Shown here one piece after another: positions 40,501 through 52,700 of a DNA stretch of 64,000 nt. Source of the stretch: Malacoraja senta. Lineage: Eukaryota. Made by a program: the position numbers and the translations under genes. The notes beneath the pieces are model-generated. The model was not told where the DNA came from. It was given only the letters and a program-made list of their open reading frames with translations, and searched no databases. How positions within the stretch are numbered: the first letter of the stretch is position 1; each line of letters starts with the position of its first letter. The stretch covers positions 9,054,001 to 9,118,000 of the forward strand of contig CM075997.1 in the NCBI GenBank assembly GCA_038087875.1, given 5' to 3'.

Positions 40501-40614
40501 AGAGAACATTAAGACATACTTTTAAAACACGCTAAAATTAACAAAACAAAAAAACGAAAAACAAACAGACTTGTGGCGAGGATGCCAGGTTGGTTCTTGT
40601 TTAATTCCGTATTT

Positions 40615-40895
40615 TAGTTTACATACAGCGCGGAAACCGGCTTTTTGGTCCACCGGGTCCGCGTCGATAACACATTAACACGATCCTACACCGATTTGGG
40701 GTAATTTGTACATTTACTAAGCCAATTAACCAATTAACCTGTACGTCTTTGAATTGTGGGAGGAAACCGAAGATCTCGGCGAAACCCCACGCAGGTCTCG
40801 TTGACAGCACCCACAGTCGGGATCGAATCCGGGTCTCCGGCGCAGCATTAGCTCTAAGGCCGCTATTCTACCGCTGCGCCACCGTGACCGCCGTG
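40615..40895 (-). mobile_element. tRNA-derived V-SINE (HE1-like)
   Basis: Minus strand: A box TGGCGCAGCGG, B box GATTCGATCCC, V-domain CGGTTTCCTCCCACA..AAAGACGT, CR1-like tail. Confidence 0.85.
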
Positions 40896-40899
40896 TCCG

Positions 40900-43200
40900 T
40901 GACCGTGTTCTTCACCTGTTTCTAACTGTAAGGGATCTACATTTGTCTTCACTAATCTATTCCTCTTCACATACAGTATCTGCTGCAGTTTATACAGTCA
41001 GTTTTTATATTCCCCGCAAGCTTTTTTTCCAGTTATAATTTCCCCCACTGTATTAACCCATCCTCTGTTGGATTATAAATTTACCCCAGTCCTCCGGATT
41101 GCTGCATACTCTGGCCAATGGATATGCCTCTTTCTTGGACTTAACACTTTCGTTAATTTCCCTCGTTAGCCACGGTTGAGCCGCCTTCCTTGTTTTAAAG
41201 GTCTCGACCCGAAACGACACCCATTCTTTCTCTCCAGAGATGCTGCATGTCCCGCTGAGTTACTGCAGCATTTTATGTCTACCTTCACTGTTGTATTGAT
41301 AGGCAGGGATGAATAATTTTTATAATTCATCCTTGCGAACTTTAAATCTTTGCCATCGAATATTCACTGTCAACAGACTTGAATATTCAATCAACAGACT
41401 TGAAAACAGCAATGTTATCCCATCTCTTCTTCATTTCTGCCTATCCTACCTGAATATTTAATACCACTGCACGTTAAGGTCCCAGCCTTGGTCACCCTGG
41501 AGCCATGTCTCCGTAATCCCAACTAAATCATGCCGGTGACCAACCAACTGAGCATTCAATTCATCCATCTAATTACGAGTGCTCCTCTCAATAAGATACA
41601 AGTCTTTCAGGTGTGTTTTAAAATTCTTGGCCAAATTATGATGCAACGTGGCACTTTGATTTTTGCCATTGGTCTGCCTTCCACTTTTACTTTTCTCACT
41701 TCTACATTTTGCTTCTGCCCTCATTTTACAGCCCTCTGTCTCCTTGCACTGGTTCCCATCACCCTGCCATATTCGTTTAAAATCTTCCCAACAGCACGAG
41801 GAAACACTCCCCCGAGGACATCGGTTCCAGTTCAGCCCAAGTGATGAGCGTCGTTTTGTACTGGCCCCGCCTCTTCCTGAGCCGATTCCAATGCCCCAGG
41901 AATATAAATCCCTCCCACTTGCACCGTCTCTCAAACCACATATTCATCAGAAATATCATGTCATTTCTACTCTTGCAAGCACGTAGCACTAGTAGTAATC
42001 CAGAGATTAATATTGAGGACCTCCATTTTAATATACCTCCTCTCGCCATAAATTCGCGTTGTAGGACCTCATCCCGTTTTACACCTATGTCGTTGTGTAC
42101 ACCTACATGCTCCACAACTACTGGCTGTTCGCCTTCCTCCTGCACAATGCCCTGCAGCGGCTCAGAGACATCCTTGACCCTAGCACCAGTAAGGCAACAT
42201 TCAATCCTGGCGTCTCTTTTGCGATCGCAGAAACGCCCATCAATTCCCCTTACAATTGAATACCCTATCACTATAGCTGACTTTTCTGCCCTGTTGTGCA
42301 GCCCCCGTGGTGCTATGAACTTCGCTGCTGCTGCCTTCCCCAACAGTATCTAAAAGGTTATATCTGTTTTGGACTGAGATGGCCGCAGGGGACTCCTGCA
42401 CTATATGCCTTTTCTTGGGTAGTGTTTGGTGGTCACCCTTTCCATCACTGCCTGAGCAATTTGCTCCTGAGGTGTGACCAACTCACTAAACGTGCGATCC
42501 ACGACACCGTCAGACTGTAGATGCTGGAGTCAGGATTAAATAATACAACTTGCGGAGGACCTCAACGGGTCAGTTGTGGGCAGCAGAAAAAAATGGAAAT
42601 GGCCAGTAAATGCCCTTTCAGAGTTTCAGTAGAAAAAAAAGGAACTCCCTCTCAAACTGCAGATTGAATGTTATCATATTATTGTCACCTACATGCCTTT
42701 ACCTTAATCGTCTTAATCAGATCCATTTCGTTCCACAACACCAAATCCAAAGTTTTTTTCCCCCTATTTGGTGCGACTAAAAGCTGCTCGAAGATGTCAT
42801 GTCGTAGGCACTCTGCCAATTCCTCTCTTGGGATCCCGTAACAACCTAATTTGACCAGTCTACCTGCATATTGAAACCTTCCATGGCCACTGTAACATGT
42901 TACTTCCCATTTTGTCTTCGAATGTAGTGTGTATCCTATTTGTCTACTGTTTGGAAACTTGGATTCGACTCCCATTATGTTTTTTCCCCTTGCAGATTCA
43001 TATCTCTGCCTACAACTATACTACATCTCTGACCCAATGTCATCATTTGTATTAATTCCTTACTAGCAGACCCACACCGCCCCTTCTGTCCATCTGACTC
43101 TTTTAAATAGGATATGTAACCATAGGCATTCCGCTCCCGGTTCTGATCCTCTTTCAGCCACGTCTCCGCGATGCCCACAATTTCTAACTATGCTATAAGG
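40900..43200 (-). mobile_element. Old CR1 fragments (ORF1 esterase and endonuclease)
   Basis: ORF 41777-42343: IVIGYSIVRG, CCLTGARVKD, HVGVHND. ETWL endonuclease remnants at ~41500 and ~43160. Confidence 0.75.
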
Positions 43201-43594
43201 TCATCCATGTTTTTCTGTGCAGAGCGTGTTTTGTGCTCAACTCTGCGGCGTCGCAGTACGTGATTTAATGAAACTTAAGACAAAAGTAGCGTTGATTGTA
43301 TATTATCTACACTTTGGTCACTATTCACTGTATTTTAACCTGATACACTTCATTTTCTTCACTTTTATATTCTGCATGATGCGTCAATTACTGCTGGAGG
43401 CGAAGCTGGTATCGGCCAAATGATACAAGCTTGCCACGTTTTCTGTTCCCCTACAATGGAAGAGAAACATTGAAAGTCTATCTCTACATGGAGAATACAG
43501 TTCACTGACAGAGTGAGTCCATGCGTATGAGTTTGTGGATTCAATTGCCTAATCCCAAAAGGCAGCGGAATCACAGTTAGTTATTGGAAAAGTC

Positions 43595-43920
43595 AAATCT
43601 ACAGCAGACCTCTCTGTCCTGGGCCTCCTCCATTGTCAGAGTGAGGCCCAGCGCAAATTGGAGGAACAGCGCCTCGTGTACCTTACACCTCAGCGGTATG
43701 AACATTGACTTCTCTAACTTCAAATAGCCCTTGCTATGCCTCTCTCTCTATCGCCTCCCTCTTCCCAGTTCTCCCAGCTGTCTTACAGTCTCCGACTAAA
43801 TTCTGTCACTGTCCCGCCCGCTCCCCTGATACCAATCTGAAGAAGGGTCTCGTACAGAAACGTCACTCATTTCTTCTCTTCAGTGATGCTGCCTGACCCG
43901 CTGAGTTACTCCAGCATTTT
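43595..43920 (+). mobile_element. Penelope 3' fragment
   Basis: DLSVLGLLHCQSEAQRKLEEQRL and a terminal repeat with CTGAAGA..GAAACGTC. Confidence 0.8.
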
Positions 43921-45489
43921 AAATTATAGTCTGTTTTCATTATTCCTAATTTCAAGGAAGTGTGACGAAGTGCTGTTTCACTAGAACACGAAAGTGATGT
44001 ACTAACCTAATGAGATTACTCGAACACGTTGTGTTTACACCTGCAGTTTACTGTGTCTCTACTGTTTGATTATTCATGTTATGCCATTTCTCACAATCGT
44101 TGCAGGGATTGCTTCAATCAATCATAGGTCTAATCATTCAACACCGATGAAGGGACCATTATCGGAATCCATGTATGGGGATACAGTAAACGTTACAAAT
44201 TCTCAGAATAGAGATGGTTCGAATGGTGGTGAGAGTGGATTGAGGCATTTACTATATGCCAGACTTTCACTTTCGCCGGGGTGGAGAAAAGGCATTGTAT
44301 CCAACGAAAAGTGAAATATTGTGCGCAAATGTACAACGATATTTGAATTGTGGAAAAAAATTATTGTAAGGGCTGCAAAGGTTTCCTTATCGCCCTCTCT
44401 GCATCTTATCCGTTTGTTTTCTGGGGAAATGAGAGAGGAAGCACGTTGACTTGAGGAGGACAACATAAGCAGTGACCGGACACAATAAAAGAGAATGGCA
44501 GGTTTTTCTTAGTAGAGGGTTCATAATAGGCCTCTAAATGATTGATTCATTTTAAAATCAGGGGGATGCCGGGATTGGGTAATCTTTGCTTTAGTTTGCA
44601 TTAGCAGTGGTTGTGGCAGAATCGTTCATCGCAGTTAAAAATCACTGATTTGGGGGATTGGGGGAAGCGTGACCTGTTGCACTGGTGGCTGATGGCAGGA
44701 ACTGTGATTCGGGTGGCCATTTTTTAACACGACTACCATGGATACAGTGAATGGAATGGTTGTCTTTGATTTGACAACCACAATCAGCTGCAAGCTGGTG
44801 GCGTCTGAGAGCAGTGAACATGCTTTCAGCAGACATTTAACTCGCGGGTGGAAAAACTTGCAAGTATAATACTGGAAGTAAGGTCAGTGATATAAATATG
44901 TTTCGTGCAACCATGGGCATTAGTGCAAATTTGCAAAGAACGTGGTTCCGCTAAAATAATAAGAGCAGCTAGTTCCAAGTTATAAAACGGGATAAAATAA
45001 AAGTTGATATACATCCAGCATACCTTGCCAAACCATGAAAACATTGCCATGGGAAATAAAGATCAAGAAAGTGAGTATACGGTTGTAATTCTTCCCTGCG
45101 AGAAGATTGCTCTTATTACACAAGGGACACCAGCAGCGGTGCCTGATAAACAAAAAGATAAATCTTAACTGAGAAAGCAAGGAAATAAAGACAGGATGTG
45201 AATAGTCGACATAAAAAGTTACGGGCATTGACATTGACGGAGTTTTATTTGGGGCCAGTAGTATATGGGTAGTGTGGTAAAAAAAATGGGCAGTGAGCAG
45301 AATATGTGACGCAGTGATGACACTGGACGTGGATTAAGATAGCAACTGGAGAAATTAAATTAACAGTAACGATCGAATTTTGGACTGTCACTGCAAAATA
45401 TTTTCAGAGCATAATATGGCACCAGTTTTTATTTAACCCGGTACTACGTGATAGCACGGTTAATAATAAAATCATAAATAACCTGAATT

Positions 45490-46160
45490 GGGGGAAGGTG
45501 TACCAATTAAGGTACAGTGAAATTTGAGTTACCACACAGCCATACTAAGTGAAAAGCAACAGGACGCACAGCCACATAAAAATTATCATAAGCATCCACC
45601 ACATTGGAATACACATTTCGCACTGCGATGTAAGGCAATAACGTTCAATCCTCTTCCTCTTTGTCCCCGCGCGGTCGGCGCAGTCAAATCATCCGCAGTC
45701 GCGGTCATCAAAGCACCCGCAGCCAACCATCGAAGCCCCCGGCGGGGTGTTCAAAACACGCGCATCGGGGCGGTTGAAACGTCTCTGCGGCAAGGAGCTC
45801 CTGTTTCGTCCTCTTCTTACCAGAGACCGCGGGCTTCATGATGTAAAATCTACGGGCCCCACGGTTGGAGCTTCGATCTCAGGCAAAGGGATCGCAAACT
45901 CCGCGATGTTAAAGTTCCGCAGACTCTCGTGGCTTGGAACGCCCGTCGGTCTCCAGGGAAAGCTGCCAGTTCCACGATGTTAGGCCGCAGTGCGGAAGGA
46001 GATACGATACGGGAAAAAAACTTTCCCCCAACCCACCTCCCACATAAAACAAACCAAGGAACACTATATCATACTTTTAACACATACTAAAAATAACCAA
46101 AAAAGGTAAGGACAGACAGTTGGTTAGACAGCCACTACTGGTGGCGACACCTGGTGGACT
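45490..46160 (-). mobile_element. GC-rich non-autonomous retroposon (third copy)
   Basis: CACTGCGATGTAAGGC..CGTTCAATCC and CCCACATAAAACAAACC..CATACTTTTAA..CTAAAAATAA blocks shared with the other copies. Confidence 0.7.
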
Positions 46161-46482
46161 GAACGCCATGAGTATAACGAAAATCAAAGCCATGAGATGG
46201 GAATTTAAATCATAGTCATAGAGTGATACAGCGTGCAAACAGGCCCTTCGGCCCAACTTGCCCACAGCAGCCAACATTTGTCTACTACGCTAGTGCCACC
46301 CGCCGGCGTTTGGCCATACCCCTTCCATACCTGTCCTATCCATGTACCTGTCTAACTATTTCTTAAACGTTGGGATGGTCCCTGCGTCAACTACCTCCAC
46401 TAGCTTGTTCCGTACCCCTGCCACCGTTTGTGTAAAAATATTACCCCTCAGATCCCTACTAAATCTTTTCCGTTCACCTTAA

Positions 46483-49400
46483 CAAGGTTAACAAGATGGC
46501 GTCGCGTGCACAACGCGAGGCTCTGCGTCTCCGTAGTTTTTGTAATTTAGTTATTTTTCTGTTAATAATTACCTTAGTTTTCGCCCGGAGCACCGGAGCG
46601 AAGACTCTATACGGCCGTCAGGAGCTATTAGAGCTCGGCCGTCTCTGCGTAACCGAGCCCCAGAAGCGCCAGAAGCGACTTTCAACTGCCGCCGGAGATC
46701 GCCAGGACACCGTGGTCTAGCGGGCCAGCTCCCCCGACAGGAAGTGCCCGGAGGCGGCGCAGGGACCGCAAACAAAGACGTGGGAAGCGGGGAGGACATC
46801 TGGCTAGGCTGAAACTATAAATCCTCACCAGCCAGCTCTGCCCAGCATTTTCCTCGCGAATGTCCGGTCCCTGGTGAGTAAAATCGATGAACTAAGGCTG
46901 CGGATCACCACACACAGACGGATCGCCGACTGCAACGCCATGGTCTTTACTGAAACATGGCTCAACGGCAACATCCCGGACAACGCCATCGAGCTGGAGG
47001 GGCGCACTGTCTTCAGGGCCGACAGAACAGCGGAGGACTCCGGTAAGACCAAGGGCGGCGGACTGTGCATCTATGTGAATAACACATGGTGCACGGACGT
47101 TGTTAGGATTGGTAGTCAGTGCTCTGCTGACCTGGAATACCTGATGTTAAAGTGCAGGCCCTTCTATTTGCCCAGAGAATTCACATCGACTGTTATCACG
47201 GCAGTCTATGTACCCCCGGACGCTAATGCCAGGCTAGCAATGGAAGAGCTGCAAGCTGCTATCAGCAAACATCTATCTGCTCACCCTGAGGGGGCATTTA
47301 TTGTTGCGGGTGATTTCAACCACTCCGACCTTAAAACTGTACTCCCCAGGTTCCATCAGCATGTTTCCTGCCCAACCAGAGGAAACAATATTCTGGACTT
47401 AGTTTACACTAATATTACTGAAGCCTACAAAGCCCTCCCCCTCCCCCACCTTGGTCAGTCTGACCACCTCTCTCTGTTCCTGCTCCCCAAATACACACCT
47501 CTGATCAGACGTGTGAAACCTACCACGAGGACAGTGAAGGTCTGGCCTGAGGGGGCTGTCTCTGTTTTACAGCAGCAGTTTCAGCAGACAGACTGGAGTC
47601 TGTTTGCAACTCAGTCCACCTTCAATTCACAAGTGGACATCAACTCATACACCTCAACAGTTATGGACTATATAAAATTCTGCACCGATAATGTCACTAC
47701 CCACAAAGAAATAAAGACCTTCCCTAACCAGAAGCCGTGGATGAGCAGGGAGGTCAGACTCCTACTGAAGGCTCGCGATGCGCTTTCAGATCTGGCGACG
47801 CTGAGGGATACAGCTCATCCAGGGCCAATCTGAAAATGGGAATTAGGAATGCCAAACTCAATCACAAACGGCGGATTGAGGAGCACTTCCAAAACAACTC
47901 TGACCCCAGGCGCATGTGGCAAGGAATCAAATCCCTTGCCGATTACCAGAAAGTTAACACCCCTCCCCCAGACAACACCACCCTTCCTGATGAACTAAAC
48001 CATTTCTATGCTCGCTTTGACCGGGATAACAAAACCCCAGCCATCAAAGTTGCTCCCCCCCCAAATGAACAACCCCTCAGTCTCTCCACCTCTGCTGTAC
48101 AAGATGCACTGAGCAAGGTGAATGAGCGCAAAGCTGCCGGCCCCGATGGCATCCCTGGCCGGGTGCTTAGGGCATGTGCTGGACAACTATCCCCAGTCTT
48201 TACCGACATTTTCAATCTCTCACTGGCCCAGGGTGTTGTCCCCACTTGCCTCAAGACATCAACCATCGTGCCAGTGCCCAAACAGTCAGCCACAGGGAGC
48301 CTCAACGATTTCCGCCCAGTGGCACTCACCCCTGTCATTGCTAAGTGCTTTGAGCGGCTGATCTTGGCTCACCTCAAAGCCAGACTCCCCCCCACACTGG
48401 ACCCCCATCAGTTTGCCTACCGGGCCAACAGGTCTACAGAGGACGCCATATCGGCGGCCCTACACTCTGCCCTGACCCACCTGGACAACAACAACTCCTA
48501 CATCAGGTTGCTGTTCATTGATTTCAGCTCCGCTTTTACTACTGTCATCCCCGCCAGCTTGATCACCAAACTCAGCGGGCTTGGCATCTCCACCTCCCTC
48601 TGCAACTGGACACTGGATTTCCTCACCAACAGACCACAGTCTGTTAGGGTCAACAACCTCACCTCCTCCTCTATAACACTGAACACCGGCGTGCCACAGG
48701 GCTGTGTGCTCAGCCCTCTCCTCTACTCCCTCTTCACCCACGACTGCATCCCTAAGTACGGATCCAACGCCATCATTAAGTTTGCTGACGACACCACGGT
48801 GGTAGGACTGATCAGTGACAACGATGAGTCAGCCTACAGAGAGGAGGTCCAGCACCTGACAACCTGGTGTGCCAACAATAACCTCGTCCTCAACTCCAAG
48901 AAGACGAAGGAAATTATTGTCGACTTCAGGAAGGTCAGTGGGGGCAGACATACCCCCATCCATATAAACGGGACTGAGGTGGAGCGCGTCTCCAGCTACA
49001 AATTCCTCGGGGTTCACATCTCGGAGGATTTGTCCTGGTCCCTCAACACCTCCAAGCTGATCAAAAAGGCACAGCAGCGCCTTTACTACCTGAGGAGGCT
49101 CAAGAAAGCCCACCTGTCCCCCCGGATCCTGACCAACTTCTACCGGTGTACCATCGAGAGTATCCTGACCACCTGCTTCACGGTATGGTACAGCAGCTGC
49201 ACTGTTGCGGACAGGAAGGCACTACAACGGGTGGTGAAGACCGCGCAGCACATCATCGGTGCCCCGCTCCCTGCCATGGATGCCCTCCACCGAAAACGGT
49301 GTCTGAAACGGGCTGGGAAGATCATTAAAGACCCCTCCCACCCCAACCATGGACTGTTTGCCCTCCTCCCATCAGGGAGGCGGTACAGGAGCCTCAGGTC

Positions 49401-49655
49401 TCGTACCAGTAGGATGAGGAACAGCTTCTACAATCATACCGTCGCATTGCTGAACTCGGAGTCCCGCCGATAGATTCCTCCGGTCCCTCCGTCCCCATTG
49501 TTTATTATTCTGTATTTTTTTTATTATTCTGTATCCTCTTTTTAAAAAAAAATTCTATATTGCTATACTACGGACTGACGCAAAACTGCATTTCGTTGTA
49601 CCCATAACCACTATTTGTACAATGACATTAAAGTTGAATTGAATTGAATTGAATT
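46483..49655 (+). mobile_element. Near full-length young Rex1/Babar-type LINE (APE+RT)
   Basis: 5' AAGATGGCG. APE: LANVRSL, FTETWL, GGGLCIYVN, GDFN, SDH. RT: GVPQGCVLSPLLY, KFADDT, KKAQQRLYYLRRL. Frameshifts near 46670 and 47781. (GAATT)n tail. Inserted in a CR1 3' remnant at a TTAA. Confidence 0.92.
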
Positions 49656-49789
49656 AAACCTATATTCTCTTATCCTCAATTCACCACACTGGCCAATATG
49701 CATCTACTCGATCTACTCGTCACTTGATTTTATACACCTCTATGAAATCACCCATCAATATTCCTGCGCTCCAAGGAATAAAGTTACAA

Positions 49790-52700
49790 CCTCAAGTTCA
49801 AGTGAGTTTATTGTCATGTGTCCCTGATAGGACAAAGAAATTCTTGGTTTGCTTCAGCACACAGACCATAGTAGGCATTTACTACAAAACAGATCAGTGT
49901 GTCCATATACCGTAATATAAATATATACACACATGAATAAATAAACTGATAAAGTGCAAATAACAGATAATTGGTTATTAATAATCAGAGTTTTGTCCGA
50001 GCCAGGTTTAATAGCCTGATGGCTGTGGGAAAGTAGCTAGTCCTGAACCTGGTTGTTGCAGTCTTCAGGCTCCTATACCTTCTACCTGAATGTCGCAGGG
50101 AGATGAGTGTGTGGCCAAGATGCTGTGGGACTTTGATAATACTGCCAGCCTTTTTGAGGCAGCGACTGCGATAAATCCCCTCGATGGAAGGAAGGTCAGA
50201 GCCGATGATGGACTGTGCGTTGTTTACTACTTTTTGTAGTCTTTTCCTCTCCAGGGCACTCAGGTTGCCGAACCAAGCCACTATGCAACCGGTCAGCATG
50301 CTCTCTACTGTGCACCTGTAGAAGTTAGAGAGAGTCCTCCTTGACAAACCGACTCTCCGTAATCTTCTCAGGAAGTAGAGGCGCTGATGAGCTTTCTTGA
50401 TAATTGCATTGGTGTTCTCGGACCAGGAAAGATCTTCAGAGATGTGCACGCCCAGGAATTTGAAGCTCTTGACCCTTTCAACCATCGACCCGTTGATATA
50501 AACGGGGCTGTGGGTCCCCATCTTACTCCTTCCAAAGTCCACATTCAGTTCCTTGGTTTTGCTGGTGTTGATACTTAGATACATAGATACATAGAAAATA
50601 GGTGCAGGAGTAGGCCATTCGGCCCTTCGAGCCTGCACCGCCATTCAATATGATCATGGCTGATCATCCAACTCAGTATCCCGTACCTGCCTTCTCTCCA
50701 TACCCCCTGATCCCTTTAGCCACAAGGGCCACATCTAACTCCCTCTTAAATATAGCCAATGAACTGGCGTCAACTACCCTCTGTGGCAGAGAGTTCCAGA
50801 GATTCACCACTCTCTGTGTGAAAAAGTTTTTCCTCATCTCGGTCTTAAAGGATTTCCCCCTTATCCTTAAGCTGTGACCCCTTGTCCTGGACTTCCCCAA
50901 CACCGGGAACAATCTTCCTGCATCTAGCCTGTGCAACCCCAGAAGAATTTTGTACGTTTCTATAAGATCCCCTCTCAATCTCCTAAATTCTAGCGAGTAT
51001 AAGCCAAGTCTATCCAGTCTTTCTTCATATGAAAGTCCTGACATCCCAGGAATCAGTCTGGTGAACCTTCTCTGCACTCCCTCTATGGCTATACTGTCCT
51101 TCCTCAGATTTGGAGACCAAAACTGTACGCAATACTCCAGGTGTGGTCTCACCAAGACCCTGTACAACTGCAGTAGAACCTCCCTGCTCCTATACTCAAA
51201 TCCTCTTGCTATGAAGGCCAACATACCATTCGCTTTCTTCACTGCCTGCTGCACCTGCATGCCTACTTTCAATGACTGGTGTACCATGACACCCAGGTCT
51301 CGCTGCACCTCCCCATTTCCTAATCGGCCACCATTTAGATAATAGTCTGCCTTCCCGTTTTTGCCACCAAAGTGGATAACCTCACATTTATCCACATTAT
51401 ACTGCATCTGCCAAACATTTGCCCACTCCCCCAGCCTATCCACGTCACCTTGCAGTCTCCTAGCATCCTCCTCACAGCTAACACTGCCCCCCAGCTTAGT
51501 GTCATCCGCAAACTTGGAGATGTTGCTTTCAATTCCCTCGTCCAGATCATTAATATAAATTGTAAATAGCTGGGGTCCCAGCACTGAGCCTTGCGGTACC
51601 CCACTAGTCACTGCCTGCCATTGTGAAAAGGACCCGTTTACTCCTACTCTTTGCTTCCTGTTTGCCAGCCAGTTCTCTATCCACATCAATACTGAACCCA
51701 CAATACCGTGTGATTTAAGCTTGTATCCTAATCTCTTATGTGGTACCTTGTCGAAAGCCTTCTGAAAGTCCAGATACAACACATCCACTGGTTCTCCCCT
51801 ATCCACTCTACTAGTTACATCCTCGAAAAATTCTATAAGATTCGTCAGACACGATTTACATTTCGTAAATCCATGCTGACTTTGTCCAATGATTTCACCA
51901 CTTTCCAAATGTGCTGCTATCCCATCTTTAATAACTGACTCTAGCAGTTTCCCCACTACCGATGTTGGACTAACTGGTCTGTAATTCCCCGTTTTCTCTC
52001 TCCCTCCCTTCTTAAAAAGTGGGGTTACGTTTGCTACCCTCCAATCCTCAGGAACTACTCCAGAATCTAAAGAATTTTGAAAAATTATCACTAATGCATC
52101 CACTATTTCTGGAGCTACTTCCTTAAGTACTCTGGGATGCAGCCTATCTGGCCCTGGTGATTTATCGGCCTTTAATCCATTCAATTTACCCAACACCACT
52201 TCCCGACTAACCTGGATTTCACTCAGTTCCTCCATCTCCTTTGACCCGCGGCCCCCTGCTATTTCCGGCAGATTATTTATGTCTTCCTAAGTGAAGACGG
52301 AACCAAAGTAGTTATTCAATTGGTCCGCCATATCCTTGTTCCCCATGATCAATTCACCTGTTTCTGACTGCAAGGGACCTACATTTGTTTTAACTAATCT
52401 CTTTCTCTTCACATATCTATAAAAACTTTTGCAGTCAGTTTTTATGTTCCCTGCCAGTTTCCTTTCATAATCTATTTTCCCTTTCCTAATTAAGCCCTTT
52501 GTCCTCCTCTGCTGGTCTCTGAATTTCTCCCAGTCCTCTGGTATGCTGCTTTTTCTGGCTAATTTGTACGCAACATCTTTTGCTTTGATACTATCCCTGA
52601 TTTCCCTTGTTATCCACGGATGCACTACCTTCCCTGATTTATTCTTTTGCCAAACTGGGATGAACATTTTTTGTAGTTCATCCATGCAGTCTTTAAATGC

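Larger units (their letters stand above)
39125..40590 (-). mobile_element. GC-rich non-autonomous retroposon (second copy), split by a Penelope insertion
   Basis: Shares CTGTGATGGAAGGC..AAGTTCA and CCCCACATAAAA..CATACTTTTAA..CTAAAA blocks with the other two copies; (ATACA)-like tail at the left end. Confidence 0.7.

Noticed and set aside
40800..40895. tRNA-like sequence
   Set aside because: It is the head of a V-SINE; no intact cloverleaf.
49985..50644. 219-aa ORF, and the similar 30294-31019 ORF, crossing element boundaries
   Set aside because: Chimeric read-through across nested LINE junctions.
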